A stretch of DNA of 64,000 bases from Phycisphaerae bacterium (GCA_963675745.2 CAXXWX010000006.1:1-64000), one strand, 5' to 3'; shown: positions 19,784 to 30,822, numbered from the stretch's first letter. Numbers and translations: made by a program. The notes: generated by a model from the letters alone, not told the origin.

Positions 19784-20725
19784 CTACAGAGAAGGATTGT
19801 CCTTGAGCGCCTCGATCATGCGCAACGCCGCGGGGCCGCCCAACACGATTCCCAACGCCGGGAAGATGAACAGGATCAGAGGTATCAGGAGTTTTACGGC
19901 CGTCTTCTGGGCCCGCTCCTCCGCCGCCTGTTGGCGCTTGCTGCGCAGCATGCTGGCCTGATTTCGCAAGGCCTTGGCGATACTCGTGCCGAACTTCTCG
20001 GCTTGAACGATGACCGACACGAGCGAACGCAGCTCCTCGAGCGCGGTTCGGCGTGCCATGTTCTCGAGTGCCTCGTGGCGCGGGATGCCCATCTGGCCTT
20101 CCATGGTGGCGATCCGCATTTCTTCCGACAACTCGGGGTGTACAATCGCCATCTCATCGCCGACGCGTTTGATGGCGGCATCCAGCGCCAGGCCGGATTC
20201 AATCGACACCACCATCAGATCAAGCGTATCCGGCAAGCCGTGCTTCAACTTCTCTTTCCGTGAACTGACCGCCAGCGACAGCCACATATTGGGGAGCATG
20301 AAGCCCAGGCCGGCGCCAAAACACGCCGCCCCGACCGCCTTGGCCAGCGGTAAGCCCATCGAGGCCGCGATCGCGGTGCCGACCAGCAGTCCGACAACGC
20401 CCAGAATCGACTTGCTGGCCAGGAACGTCGTTTGCGCCTGCGGAGCGCGAAAGCCCGCGTGCGTCAGCTTCATGCGCAGGTTCGTCTGGTCTTCGTTACT
20501 GGTCGGCATGACGATCCGAGAGAGGACCGGCGTGGCCCGCTTGACAAGCTCGGCGGTCGCGGACTGGTGTGCCTGTTCGCGAATCCCCGCCTCTTCATCG
20601 CGAGCATTGCGCCCACTCAGCCGTCGCTTGACGGTGTCGCGGTCATTTTTCGATTGCGGCATGACGCTGTAAGCGATCAGCGCCACGGCGACGATGACCA
20701 GAACGGCAACAAGAATCATGTTCAT
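19784..20725 (-). CDS. tadC: Tad pilus platform protein TadC
   Basis: LPDTLDLMVVSIESGL, QAEKFGTSI, AEERAQKTAVKLLIPL. Confidence 0.93.
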   Translation of the reverse strand: MNMILVAVLVIVAVALIAYSVMPQSKNDRDTVKRRLSGRNARDEEAGIREQAHQSATAELVKRATPVLSRIVMPTSNEDQTNLRMKLTHAGFRAPQAQTTFLASKSILGVVGLLVGTAIAASMGLPLAKAVGAACFGAGLGFMLPNMWLSLAVSSRKEKLKHGLPDTLDLMVVSIESGLALDAAIKRVGDEMAIVHPELSEEMRIATMEGQMGIPRHEALENMARRTALEELRSLVSVIVQAEKFGTSIAKALRNQASMLRSKRQQAAEERAQKTAVKLLIPLILFIFPALGIVLGGPAALRMIEALKDNPSL

Positions 20726-20739
20726 GGTCGCAGACCTCG

Positions 20740-21756
20740 CTAGACCTTGATATTGACGATCTTCTTAATCATCGCCCACCCCATCAGTTGCATCACGCCC
20801 GCCCCGGTCAGCAGCATTCGGCCCGCGGGCTCCTCAATCAGCAGCATCGCGTATTCCCGATTGATAACGGTCATTACCGCGAAAACCAGCGGTGGCAGGG
20901 CCAGCAGAACATAGCCCGACAAACGCCCCTCCGCCGTCAGGGCCTGCACCGTCCCGAAGAGCTTGATGCGATCGCGGATCACCCCGCCGATTTTGTCCAG
21001 AACCTCGGCCAGGTCGCCACCGGTCTGGCGTTGGATCAACACCGCGGTGACGAAGAAACGCACGTCGAGCACGTCGGTGCGATCCGCCATGTTCTTCAGT
21101 GCATCCTCGACCTTGAGGCCCAGGTTCTGCTCGTGGAACACGCGTCCGAATTCCGCGCCAGCCGGGGCGGGCGTTTCCTTCGATACGAGTTGCATGCCGC
21201 TGGCAAGCGAGTGTCCCGCGCGCAGTGCCTGGCTGAGCAGCTCAAAGACGTCCGGCAGTTGCTGCACCAGCTTGTTCATCCGCGACTTGCGCCGGTGAAT
21301 GAAGTACATCACCGGCATGACAAACACGGCCGCCGCAATGCCCAATGCCGCCAGCACTGACACTCCGAAGGCGAGCAAGGCCGCGGCGAGTATGCTGGCA
21401 ATCGCGGACAGATTGACGAGCAACTGCGCCGCCGACATGCGTACGTCCGCCTGATCCAGCGTTGTTTGCAGGTTCCGCGTGAAGCTCATGCGCGAGAAGA
21501 ACCCGGCCAGCGCCCCGGTGGCGTCGGCGGCTGATCGTCTGAACTGCGTCGGGTCGAACGCCGCCGGTGTATCACGCCGCGCTGCGGAACCACCCTTCAG
21601 GCGATTGATCAGACGTTTGCGGTCGCTCTTGCGCAAATCGAGAGTAACCTGCGCCACGCCATAGGCCAGCACGACCGACCCCGCCAATGGCAGAACAATC
21701 AGCACGATTGTTCCCAGGGAACCTTCGAGTGTTAATGCCAGCATGCTCGTAATCAT
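20740..21756 (-). CDS. tadB: Tad pilus platform protein TadB
   Basis: QLPDVFELLSQALRAGHSL, IQRQTGGDLAEVL, LTAEGRLS. Confidence 0.93.
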   Translation of the reverse strand: MITSMLALTLEGSLGTIVLIVLPLAGSVVLAYGVAQVTLDLRKSDRKRLINRLKGGSAARRDTPAAFDPTQFRRSAADATGALAGFFSRMSFTRNLQTTLDQADVRMSAAQLLVNLSAIASILAAALLAFGVSVLAALGIAAAVFVMPVMYFIHRRKSRMNKLVQQLPDVFELLSQALRAGHSLASGMQLVSKETPAPAGAEFGRVFHEQNLGLKVEDALKNMADRTDVLDVRFFVTAVLIQRQTGGDLAEVLDKIGGVIRDRIKLFGTVQALTAEGRLSGYVLLALPPLVFAVMTVINREYAMLLIEEPAGRMLLTGAGVMQLMGWAMIKKIVNIKV

Positions 21757-21759
21757 GGC

Positions 21760-23277
21760 TCATTCTTCCTGGTCGCAGATGAGGTCCCGCGGTTTGAAGA
21801 TGTCGGTATCCAAGGTGCAGCCCGCCGCCTTTAAGCGATCCATGAAGCTCGGACGGACGCCGGTGGAAACGATGCGTCCATAAGCCTTGCCCTCGCCATC
21901 CACACCAATCTGCTCAAACTTGAAGATGTCCTGCATGGTGATGATGTCGCCTTCCATGCCTTGGACTTCGGTGACGTTGATGATCTTGCGCGGCCCACCG
22001 GTGAGCCGGGCCGCCATCACGATCAGGTTGATTGCCGAAGCGAACTGCTGTCGGATCGCCCGTGTCGGCAACTCGTAGCCGGCCATCATGACCATTGTCT
22101 CAACACGCTGGACCGCGTCGCGCGTGCTGTTGGCGTGGACGGTGGTCATGGAGCCTTCGTGCCCGGTGTTCATCGCCTGAAGCATGTCGAGCGTCTCCCC
22201 ACCGCGACACTCGCCGACCACAATCCGGTCGGGGCGCATACGCAGCGAGTTGATCAGCAAATCACGGATCGTGATCTGCCCTTTGCCCTCGATGTTCGCC
22301 GGCCGCGTTTCCAGGCGCACGACGTGCGGCTGACGCAGTTGCAGTTCGGCGGCGTCTTCAATCGTGACGATGCGCTCGTCCTCGGGGATAAAGCTCGACA
22401 GGTTGTTCAGCAGCGTGGTCTTCCCCGAACCGGTACCGCCCACGATCAGCACATTGAGACCGGCGACAACACACGCCCGCAGAAACTCGACTATTTCCGG
22501 CGCGCAGGACTTGAAACGCACATAATCGTCCCATGTGATCGGATCCGCCCCGAAGCGTCGAATCGACATCGACGCCCCATCGATTGCCAGGGGCGGGATG
22601 ATCGCATTGACACGACTGCCGTCCTTCAGACGCGCATCGACCATCGGACAAACTTCGTCACAGCGGCGTCCCAACGGCGAGACGATCTTGTCGATGATGT
22701 GCAACAGGTGAGCGTTGTCCTTGAAACCCACATCGACCAATTGCAGGTTGCCGTTCTTCTCGATGTAGACCTGCTTGGGACCGTTGATCAATATGTCTGA
22801 TATCTGCGGGTCATTCAGCAGGCGTTCGAGCGGACCAAGCCCGAAAGTCTCGTGAAGAATCTCATCGGCCAGATGTTGGCGCTCGGATGGGTTCAACATC
22901 GGCGCGTCTTCCTCGAAGAGCGCCAGGACAATCTGCCGCACGCGTTCGCGAGTCTCGCCCGTCGCATCACGCTCGAGCTTGGCCATGTCGATCTGCTCGA
23001 CCAGCTTGCGGTGAATCGAGTCTTTCAGCTCGTCATGCTGCTGCTGCTTGGCGGCACTCGCCGCCTGCTTACGCCGCTGTACCGAGGCAGCTTCAGGTGA
23101 CGGCGCCTGCGTCTTGGCGGCGGGCATCGGCTGCGCCACCGACGTCTGAGCCCCACCCGCGGGCGGCGCTGCGCTCGATGGTTTCGGCGAAGCCGGCGGC
23201 CGCGCCGCAGCGCCATTTCCATTGCTCTGGCCCGGCGCGTTCTGTGGTGGCGGCACCTTTCTTGTGAACATGCCCAT
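21760..23277 (-). CDS. cpaF: Tad pilus ATPase CpaF/TadA
   Basis: [52 protein letters not shown]. Confidence 0.96.
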   Translation of the reverse strand: MGMFTRKVPPPQNAPGQSNGNGAAARPPASPKPSSAAPPAGGAQTSVAQPMPAAKTQAPSPEAASVQRRKQAASAAKQQQHDELKDSIHRKLVEQIDMAKLERDATGETRERVRQIVLALFEEDAPMLNPSERQHLADEILHETFGLGPLERLLNDPQISDILINGPKQVYIEKNGNLQLVDVGFKDNAHLLHIIDKIVSPLGRRCDEVCPMVDARLKDGSRVNAIIPPLAIDGASMSIRRFGADPITWDDYVRFKSCAPEIVEFLRACVVAGLNVLIVGGTGSGKTTLLNNLSSFIPEDERIVTIEDAAELQLRQPHVVRLETRPANIEGKGQITIRDLLINSLRMRPDRIVVGECRGGETLDMLQAMNTGHEGSMTTVHANSTRDAVQRVETMVMMAGYELPTRAIRQQFASAINLIVMAARLTGGPRKIINVTEVQGMEGDIITMQDIFKFEQIGVDGEGKAYGRIVSTGVRPSFMDRLKAAGCTLDTDIFKPRDLICDQEE

Positions 23278-23307
23278 CTAACTACCCTCAACCATAGGCC
23301 GACGTAC

Positions 23308-24681
23308 TCACACCTCGACACTCGCCCGACCGCCCGTCGCCCTGGGCCCGCCCAGAAACGACAGCAAGCCGCGACGCGGAGCGCCATCCTCGGATTCACC
23401 TTTGCTGCCCCCGGACGCGGACACGTTCGCCAACTCGCCTGCGATCTGCCGATACCCCGCGCGCAACTTGCACTTCGGCGCGTAGCTCAACAGCGGCGCC
23501 CCCATGTTCACCGCCGAACTGCTCGTGCGCCAATCGTCGGGTAACAGCCACGACAAGCCGCGCCCCAACGTTGCCTCAGCGTCCGCCGGCTCGAGCAACC
23601 CCGCCTCGCGCCCATAGCGGTTGCACACGAGACGAACCCGATCCAGGCTGTAGCCCGCCGTGGCCATTGCCTGCAATATCCGATCTGTGTTCCGTACCGC
23701 CGGCACCAGCAGTTGCAGCACCACCAGGCACACGTCGGTCATGTCGAGTACGGACCGCGCTGTGGGATCGAAACGCACGGGGCCGTCAATCACCACGAAG
23801 TCGTAGTACTCCTGTAAAACCGCAAGGGCACCCGCGACCTGCCCGGCACTGATTCGCTCCGCCTGGGCCAGGTCGGCCGGGTGGGCCAGAACGTGTACAC
23901 CGCTCGGGTGTTTGACCATCGCGCGATCGATCATCTGGCGATCGAGCTGCTCCGGTGTCTCACACAGCTCCGCGATGGTGTAATTCGGTTGCGCGTCGAG
24001 GAAAAGCGCTACCTGCCCAAAACGGAAATCAAGATCAACCACCGCCACGCGCGGCTTGCTTTCTTCCTGGCCACGCCAGCCCTCGACCTGAGCCAGTTCA
24101 ACTGCCAGGTTGGTGGCAATCGTGGTCGCCCCAACGCCGCCGCACGCCGCAACGACAGGAATCAGGCACCCCAGACGCCGACCGGTCTGCGAGGTCTCCT
24201 GGCCAACGCGCACCAAGATCTCGTTGAGCTGCTCGGGAGGAAACGGCTTCCAAAGGAACTCGCGCATGCCGGCCCGCATGGCGCGCACCACCAGGTCCGC
24301 GTCGCGGTCTTCGCTCATGCCCACGGCCGCCGGACAGCTCTCGCGCGATTCAAGCACCGGCGCGATAACGTCCATCATGCCTTGTGGGTTGGGATCAAGG
24401 TGAATCAGCAGGAGCTCGGCCGGAAATTGATCGAGCACCTGGCCGAGAAACGCCGGCTCCTCAACCTCGGCGACGATCTTGAGCCCCTCGACGCTCAGGA
24501 GATGAGCGCGCAGTTCTGGCGCGGCTTCTTCGTCGGCGTTCACAACAATGACCCGCACCGTCGTACTCACTGCCGCGCGTGTCCTCCCGGGAGCGACCGT
24601 AGCGCTCCCACCACTCCATTGGCGTTGTGTCGCCGGGCTGCCGCGGCCTGCCGAACTCCGCGTTACGGAGTTCGGCGCCAT
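23308..24681 (-). CDS. cpaE: CpaE/TadZ (pseudo-receiver plus ParA/MinD-like domain)
   Basis: AMRAGMREFLWKP receiver end; GGVGATT; VVDLDFRFG. Start codon uncertain. Confidence 0.88.
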   Translation of the reverse strand: MAPNSVTRSSAGRGSPATQRQWSGGSATVAPGRTRAAVSTTVRVIVVNADEEAAPELRAHLLSVEGLKIVAEVEEPAFLGQVLDQFPAELLLIHLDPNPQGMMDVIAPVLESRESCPAAVGMSEDRDADLVVRAMRAGMREFLWKPFPPEQLNEILVRVGQETSQTGRRLGCLIPVVAACGGVGATTIATNLAVELAQVEGWRGQEESKPRVAVVDLDFRFGQVALFLDAQPNYTIAELCETPEQLDRQMIDRAMVKHPSGVHVLAHPADLAQAERISAGQVAGALAVLQEYYDFVVIDGPVRFDPTARSVLDMTDVCLVVLQLLVPAVRNTDRILQAMATAGYSLDRVRLVCNRYGREAGLLEPADAEATLGRGLSWLLPDDWRTSSSAVNMGAPLLSYAPKCKLRAGYRQIAGELANVSASGGSKGESEDGAPRRGLLSFLGGPRATGGRASVEV

Positions 24682-24735
24682 GCCGCGTCGGCACCCGGCC
24701 TTCCCTGCTGGCGCGCGAGATCCACTCGCGCTCTA

Positions 24736-26475
24736 CTACTCGATCAGCACCACCGGGCGCTCACCGCCCAGGGCGCGGAAAATCTCTCGAAGCTGCTCGC
24801 TGTACTCCTCGGGGTTACCGACGGCGTAGAACTCCTTGCCGTTGCCGGTTTCCGCGACTTCCTGCATCAAAGCGCGGTCAACGCCATAGCCGACACTGAC
24901 CGTGTAGATCATCATGCCATCGTCGGCGGCCAACTCCGCCTGGTAACGCGCATAGTCCTTGGCGCTGTAACCGTCTTCGCCCACGTTCGCTTCGCCATCG
25001 GACATCAGGACGATGACCTTCTTGGCCGTCGCGCGCGCCCGGGCCGATTTCAGCTCCACGCGGGCGCGACCCAACCCGGCACCGATGTTCGTCGTGCGGT
25101 CATAGTGCCCCGACTGCATCTCATACAGCCGCGACGGTATCGCCTGAAGGTTGTCGGTCAGGATTACCTCCGGCGGCGGTGAGGATTGGGCAAAAACCAC
25201 CAGTGACAACTGGTCGGGGCTGTCCAGCGCATCGATGTAGTCCGCCATCACCTGAACGGCATCTTTGACCGCCCGCAGGGGTTGCTCGGGAGTCGCGTTC
25301 AGGATCGGCGTGTTTGCGAATTCCGGCCGCCTTTCCATCAGAAAGTCGGTGAACGTCTTCAGGCCGTAGCGATACTGGAAACCGCCCCTCGTCGCCCCGG
25401 TGCTCCTGACGCGATCGAGATAAGTGGCCCACGAGAGGTTGCCATAAAGCTCATCAGGCAGATCGACCCAGTTTTTCGTCTCGCCGTCGCCGACCCAATC
25501 GTTGCCGTTCCCCTCAGATACGGGGAACTTTCCGTCCACCTTACCGCTGGCCCAGTCCGCCAGGCCCAGCAGTACGGCGGTGCGATTGCGGTAAGATGAA
25601 ATCTCGCTGTCTCTCGGCCCGTTGAGCAGGGCGTTGATCTCGGCGCTGTTGTATCCACGCGCCACCAGGCTGGATGCCAGAACCGATTCCGTACACGAGG
25701 CGTAGCGCGGGATGTAGTACAGCCCGGGATCACTCGATGGGTTGTAGCCGGTCGGCATCAACGGATCGCCCCATTGGTTCATGAGTCCGTACGTCGGGCC
25801 CGTGTCGTCGGCATACTCCGTCTCGAGCTCCGACCCCGGTACATACGGGATCATCGGCTCGGGACCGTCGAGCGCGCACCATATGTCGCGCAGATTGGAG
25901 TAACCGCCGTCGCTGCGCGTGTAATAGCGCGCCTGGCTGTCCCAGCACATCGAGTTGGACAGGTCGATAACGACGACGATGTCACGCGGCACCAGCGTCG
26001 CCGTCGCGCGCGCCGCAATGTTCGCCTGGCAGGTTCCCAAAGCACGCCCAAACGTCATCAGCACGCCCGTCGCCCCTTCACGCCGCGCCGTTACGCGCAC
26101 CGCATCGTACGTGGTGCCGCCCGCACTGAAGGCGAAGCGACCGATGCTCGGGTCGTATATGGCCTTGCCAAACTCGACATCGTTTTCGAGATCAAGTTCA
26201 ACGGGCGCGTTGTTGGCCGAGTTCTGCCGCGCGTAGTAGTCCGCTTCGGCCCGGGCCAGGTCACGCGGGTCCGTAACGCCGTCACCTGAGAGCTGCGCGG
26301 CGGCCGCCAGGGCGGCAAGATCGGCTACCGCCTGCAACTCAGTCTTTGTGGTGTACATTGATCCGACGTCAACGGCGAGCGCGCCCATGCCCATGATGAC
26401 CGTGGACATCACCGCCACCTGAACAACCACGCTTCCCCGTCGCAGAAACCGCTTCTTGCGTTGTCTTGCCAGCAT
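24736..26475 (-). CDS. tadG: TadG-like pseudopilin/adhesin with vWA domain
   Basis: RRGS leader, AVDVG...ELQAVADLAALAAA, MIDAS DLSNS, TNIGAGL, VLMSDG. Confidence 0.85.
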   Translation of the reverse strand: MLARQRKKRFLRRGSVVVQVAVMSTVIMGMGALAVDVGSMYTTKTELQAVADLAALAAAAQLSGDGVTDPRDLARAEADYYARQNSANNAPVELDLENDVEFGKAIYDPSIGRFAFSAGGTTYDAVRVTARREGATGVLMTFGRALGTCQANIAARATATLVPRDIVVVIDLSNSMCWDSQARYYTRSDGGYSNLRDIWCALDGPEPMIPYVPGSELETEYADDTGPTYGLMNQWGDPLMPTGYNPSSDPGLYYIPRYASCTESVLASSLVARGYNSAEINALLNGPRDSEISSYRNRTAVLLGLADWASGKVDGKFPVSEGNGNDWVGDGETKNWVDLPDELYGNLSWATYLDRVRSTGATRGGFQYRYGLKTFTDFLMERRPEFANTPILNATPEQPLRAVKDAVQVMADYIDALDSPDQLSLVVFAQSSPPPEVILTDNLQAIPSRLYEMQSGHYDRTTNIGAGLGRARVELKSARARATAKKVIVLMSDGEANVGEDGYSAKDYARYQAELAADDGMMIYTVSVGYGVDRALMQEVAETGNGKEFYAVGNPEEYSEQLREIFRALGGERPVVLIE

Positions 26476-26649
26476 CTCACACCTCCGGAACTGCTACTTC
26501 CCACCTGCCTGGACACCTCTGGCCGAATGCACACGCGCCCGGTCTGTCTCGAACCACTGCTGTCACGCGCTACTCGCCTCCGGAGGGCGGCTTGCCAAAG
26601 CCTGCTGACTAGCGGCAACGCGCTCGTCTACTTACCTCACGCTCCTGTC

Positions 26650-28266
26650 TCACGATCCCTCACTGCTACCGGCGGGCCCAACCGGGCCGCGCAATTTCAT
26701 CACGTCCACGGATTCGTACGCGCCGCTCGTCTGCGTCGGCCTGACGCGGTTGACGTGCGGCGTCAGCTTGGGAGTCCCCGGTTCGCCACTGCCGGTTGTC
26801 TGCCCCAACAAGAAGAACTCAAAGTCGTTCGGGGCCTGCATGTTCGCGCCCGGCACCTGTGCCACCTGCTGAGGCGATATGCCGCTGACGAGTTCGGGAG
26901 TGATCAGTACTACCAACTCGGTCTGGTCTTCCTGATACTCAATCGAGCTGAACAGCGCGCCCAGCACGGGAAGATCACCGAGTCCGGGGACTTTCTGGCT
27001 GACGCTGCGGACGTGCTCGCTGAGCAAACCGCCAATCGCGATCGTCTGCCCGCTGCCAACTTCCACCGTCGTCTCCACGCGCCGTTCGATCAGACCCGGC
27101 ACAAAGAACCCGCCAAACTGCACCGCGGTGCTCATGTCCGGCTCACTGATCGTCGGTGCGACGTGCAAACGGATGCGGCCTTCGGTCAGCACGGACGGCG
27201 TGAACAGCAACTGCACGCCGTAATCGCGGTACGTGATGGTCACCGCGTTGTCGCCCTGCGGAACCGGCACCGGGAATGATCCGCCGGCCAGAAAGCTCGC
27301 TTCCTGGCCACTGATGGCGATCAGGTTTGGCTCGGCCAACACGCGCAGCAACCCGTTCTCACGCAGCGCCTGAATAAAGACCTGCATGGGCACCTGCGGG
27401 AAGCCGAGGCTCAAAGTCGTCGCCGTTGATACCGGGATACCCGCCGCGTCAATCGCAAACGGCACCAGGCCGGCATAGCTGGCCTCGACGGTGCCCGGCA
27501 GCGCTTGCGGCGGCGATACTATCGAGCCGCCGGCCGCACCGATGTTGGATGGATTTATGCCACCGATATTGCTCAGGCCGAACACACTAGGGGTGTTGTC
27601 GCCCGCGATCCAGCCGTTGAAACCCAATTGCCGCGTCGCGGTCCGATTAACTTCCGCCACCGTACAGCGCAGCAGCACCTGGTGCGTGCCGGCGACTCGC
27701 AGGTGGTTGATAACATGCTCGGAGAAGATCGCGGCGATCTCGCCGATTCGTTCGGCGGATTCGGCATCCGGGGCGGTCCCCGTCAACACCACGGTGTCCA
27801 GCAGCGAGTTTACCTTGACGCGCGCACGCGGGGCCGCCGTCCGAATACTCGCCGACAGCCGATCCAGCTCCAGATCGACCGCCACGTCGAACACCTTGTG
27901 CGTATCGCCGTTCAGCTTGACGATCAACTGCGTCGTCCCGAAGCTGACGCCGCGCACCAGAAGCTGGTACGGGGTAACCGGCTCGACCTCGGCGATAGCT
28001 TCCTTGGCCACACGCACTTCGTTGACCGGAACGCTGAACTGCACAAGGATCGCCTTGTTGACGGCGACGCGCAGCAACTCGCCGGGCGCGTTGACATCCG
28101 AGACGCTGACCGTAATGGCCGGATTGTCTTGCGCCGTCGCGGACGCCAGGGCGAGCTCGTCCGCGCCCGCCCCGGTGGCGATCACCCCGGTGGCCAGGGT
28201 GGCGACGAGCACTGTCTGGCGGAGCGACCGCCTCCACACATGTGTCTGACGTATGTAGGACATCAT
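26650..28266 (-). CDS. cpaC: Tad secretin CpaC/RcpA
   Basis: QVLLRCTVAEV, LAEPNL...SGQEASFLAGG, KVPGLGDLPVLGALF, TELVVLITP. Confidence 0.93.
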   Translation of the reverse strand: MMSYIRQTHVWRRSLRQTVLVATLATGVIATGAGADELALASATAQDNPAITVSVSDVNAPGELLRVAVNKAILVQFSVPVNEVRVAKEAIAEVEPVTPYQLLVRGVSFGTTQLIVKLNGDTHKVFDVAVDLELDRLSASIRTAAPRARVKVNSLLDTVVLTGTAPDAESAERIGEIAAIFSEHVINHLRVAGTHQVLLRCTVAEVNRTATRQLGFNGWIAGDNTPSVFGLSNIGGINPSNIGAAGGSIVSPPQALPGTVEASYAGLVPFAIDAAGIPVSTATTLSLGFPQVPMQVFIQALRENGLLRVLAEPNLIAISGQEASFLAGGSFPVPVPQGDNAVTITYRDYGVQLLFTPSVLTEGRIRLHVAPTISEPDMSTAVQFGGFFVPGLIERRVETTVEVGSGQTIAIGGLLSEHVRSVSQKVPGLGDLPVLGALFSSIEYQEDQTELVVLITPELVSGISPQQVAQVPGANMQAPNDFEFFLLGQTTGSGEPGTPKLTPHVNRVRPTQTSGAYESVDVMKLRGPVGPAGSSEGS

Positions 28267-29396
28267 TCTTCGAGCTCCTCTGGCTCAGGTTCGTCGGTTG
28301 GCGCAGGATCCGTCGCCAACGGCTGGTCCGGATTCGTATAGTGCGACGTGCGGTTTGGCTGTGGTGATTGCGACGACGGTCCGGTCGCCAGCAGCGGAGC
28401 CTTCTGGTAACGAGCCAGGTCGTCTTCGGCCACCGCCACCGGGGGCTCTTGCGAGTGAACTCCCGGCCACCACATTGCCATCCGGTCTTTACCGCTGTAG
28501 ACAATCGTCATATGCCCGGAGTCCAGCGGGTTGGGGGCTGCTTTGGTTACCGGCGGCGTGGGCTCCGCACTCTTGGTCGGCTCGGCCTCAACCTGAGGCT
28601 TGGCCTTGCCGAACAGCCATCCCGCCAGACCGGTGGACACTTTCGCAACAGTTGGCTTCGCGTGCCCAAGCACCTCGCCTTCGTCAACCGATCGATGCTT
28701 GGTGTGTCCGCTTCCTTCGATGCTGTTGCGCATCGACAGCTTGAGCTTGCCACGCTGCTCGGCCAGATGCAAAGTCGGGACTTGGGCGGGCTTCACAAAG
28801 AGAGTTACCGCCCGCACCGGCCGCGCCGTGCTGGTGCTCTTCTTGCCTTCGTCTCCATGCTCAGTGGTGAGCTCCGCCGATACGCGCTGCCCCACCGCAC
28901 CAACTTCGACATTCTCGATTATGGTGCGCGCTACGGTCTCCTGCTTGCCGGCCGTGCGTATATTGAAATACGCCACCACATCCACATGCGAGCCCGGCTC
29001 CAGGTGATAGTCAACGCCGGAGCTTTCATCGACCTTGACCGCAACGGCCCGCATACCTTCCGGTACCTCAAGCCCGGTCGGGGCGCCTTTCGGGCGCATG
29101 GCGCTTTCGGTCAGCACGTCACCCGCCAGTCGCGTGGTGCGCGCCACGCGACCGACCAGTTCCTCTCGGTCGGTAAAGGCCCCTTCCGGCACGGCGTTCG
29201 GTGGCATGCTGACTGACGAGAGCATTGATGCTTCGACGCGTTGGCCGCGCACGATGTCCCGCGCTGCCGACCAGACCGTCACCCCCTTGACCTGTTGTCC
29301 GCCTTGAGCGCGCTTGAGGGCATCGCTGCCCATCTTGAGCGCCAGTCCCCCGATCACCAGTCCTGCCACCAATGGAATGATTGCCTTGCCGCTCAT
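28263..29396 (-). CDS. cpaB: Flp pilus assembly protein CpaB/RcpC
   Basis: SAF-like domain, PEGMRAVAVKV, PGSHVDV, AVTL, GKLKLSMR. Confidence 0.9.
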   Translation of the reverse strand: MSGKAIIPLVAGLVIGGLALKMGSDALKRAQGGQQVKGVTVWSAARDIVRGQRVEASMLSSVSMPPNAVPEGAFTDREELVGRVARTTRLAGDVLTESAMRPKGAPTGLEVPEGMRAVAVKVDESSGVDYHLEPGSHVDVVAYFNIRTAGKQETVARTIIENVEVGAVGQRVSAELTTEHGDEGKKSTSTARPVRAVTLFVKPAQVPTLHLAEQRGKLKLSMRNSIEGSGHTKHRSVDEGEVLGHAKPTVAKVSTGLAGWLFGKAKPQVEAEPTKSAEPTPPVTKAAPNPLDSGHMTIVYSGKDRMAMWWPGVHSQEPPVAVAEDDLARYQKAPLLATGPSSQSPQPNRTSHYTNPDQPLATDPAPTDEPEPEELEE

Positions 29397-29500
29397 GGTC
29401 TCGTCCTAGGTTGTCTGCGCCTGTCGTGGTCCTGAAAATCCTTGATTGTCATGCTCTTGTGCTGCCGGTAACCGCCGTGGCGCCGGTCTCTCGGTCCTGG

Positions 29501-29911
29501 CTAGTCAAAACCCTCGCGCCGCGCCACGCAGGTAGCGCTCAGGATCGAATCGGTGCTGCCAAAAAACGCACCGACCAGCGTTACCTCGTTGTACGGAATC
29601 GCGACACGCACAACCTCAGTTGGCGTCTCAGGCGTGGCCCGCGTCAGCTCGACGCTGCAACCCGTCAGCCCCAGCGGGGTCACGACCTCGTCTATCTGCT
29701 CGTAAATCTGGTCATCGGTGGCGCCGGGCAACGATGCCGTTCGCGCCCCCTCGCGCGCCGCCTGGACGAGTGTCTGGCGTACCGCCGAGATCCACCCGTA
29801 CTCAATGATCCCGAACACCATGGTCAGTAGCAGCGGCGTAACCACGGCCATCTCGACCGTGGCCGCCGCGCGCCGTTTTCTTCGTTGTCCCGTTTTTCGT
29901 TTGAGCATCAC
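29501..29911 (-). CDS. tadE: TadE-like pseudopilin
   Basis: AAATVEMAVVTPLL...GIIEYG...AAREGAR. Confidence 0.9.
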   Translation of the reverse strand: MMLKRKTGQRRKRRAAATVEMAVVTPLLLTMVFGIIEYGWISAVRQTLVQAAREGARTASLPGATDDQIYEQIDEVVTPLGLTGCSVELTRATPETPTEVVRVAIPYNEVTLVGAFFGSTDSILSATCVARREGFD

Positions 29912-30465
29912 AGCCAGCTACCTCCGGTAAAGAACTGCGTCAGCAATACGCCAATCGTGCCAGCGGTCAGCGGCACACCGTACGGAAGCAGTTGGCTGGT
30001 GCTGCCAAAGGTCTTGGCACCACCAAATGTGCCAAACGCCGTGTCCCAGCGGCGTAGTTTCGTCCGGATCGTTTGCAGGTTTGACAAGGCATGTACTGCT
30101 CGACCGGTTGAGAAGATCATGATCAGCGCGACGATCCCGCCGATAATCGCTCCGGCGGCAAAGCTCCATAGCGTGAGCCACGGACCCAGCCAGGCACCGA
30201 TCGCCATCATGAGTTTCACGTCACCCGCGCCCATGCCATGCATGAGCCAGGGAATAATCAACACGCCGAACCCGGCCAGCACGCCGAGTCCGCCCCAGCC
30301 GACACCAAGCCAACCGAAGTAGCTGAATTGCACGATTAGTCCGGTAAGTAGAATGGTGGCGTTGAGCCAGTTGGGCACACGTTTCTGCGCGTAATCAATC
30401 CAGGAAGCATAGAGAATCCCGGGGATCAGCATTACCAGCGTTATTTCCCAGAAATCCACCTGCAT
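29908..30465 (-). CDS. cpaA: Prepilin peptidase A24 (CpaA/TadV)
   Basis: WIDY...VPNWL, GMGAGDVKL, LPYGVP. Confidence 0.92.
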   Translation of the reverse strand: MQVDFWEITLVMLIPGILYASWIDYAQKRVPNWLNATILLTGLIVQFSYFGWLGVGWGGLGVLAGFGVLIIPWLMHGMGAGDVKLMMAIGAWLGPWLTLWSFAAGAIIGGIVALIMIFSTGRAVHALSNLQTIRTKLRRWDTAFGTFGGAKTFGSTSQLLPYGVPLTAGTIGVLLTQFFTGGSWL

Positions 30466-30562
30466 GGTCCCGTATACCTCGCTGTCGAGTCGTTACGTAG
30501 CACACCCCGGCACCTGTGGGCACCGGGTCGATAGTCTCATCGGATGATCCAGTGGCTCGGGC

Positions 30563-30605
30563 AAGAAAAGACAACAGCGGCACGCCGCAGGTCGCGGCGT
30601 GCCGC
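30563..30605 (-). terminator. Intrinsic terminator between flp and cpaA
   Basis: 12-bp stem GCGGCACGCCGC / GCGGCGTGCCGC followed on the minus strand by TGTTGTCTTTTCTT. Confidence 0.7.
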
Positions 30606-30645
30606 CGTCCATGTTGCCCTTTGTTGAGCCGATTGCGTTGCTGGC

Positions 30646-30822
30646 CTACAGGCCCTCGCCCTCGAGAGAAGTTTTCACATTGTCAAAAATGCCCGTAACC
30701 TTGGTGCCGAGCGCCGAAATCGCCGCCAACGCGACGACAATGATCAACGCCAGCATCACGGCGTACTCAGTCGCGGTCGGACCGTCTTCGTTGACCAGAA
30801 ATTCACGCATGCGATTGAACAT
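30646..30822 (-). CDS. flp: Flp/Fap pilin, 58 aa (absent from the ORF track)
   Basis: Hand translation: MFNRMREFLVNEDG|PTATEYAVMLALIIVVALAAISALGTKVTGIFDNVKTSLEGEGL; GGAG RBS; first gene of the tad locus. Confidence 0.95.
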   Translation of the reverse strand: MFNRMREFLVNEDGPTATEYAVMLALIIVVALAAISALGTKVTGIFDNVKTSLEGEGL

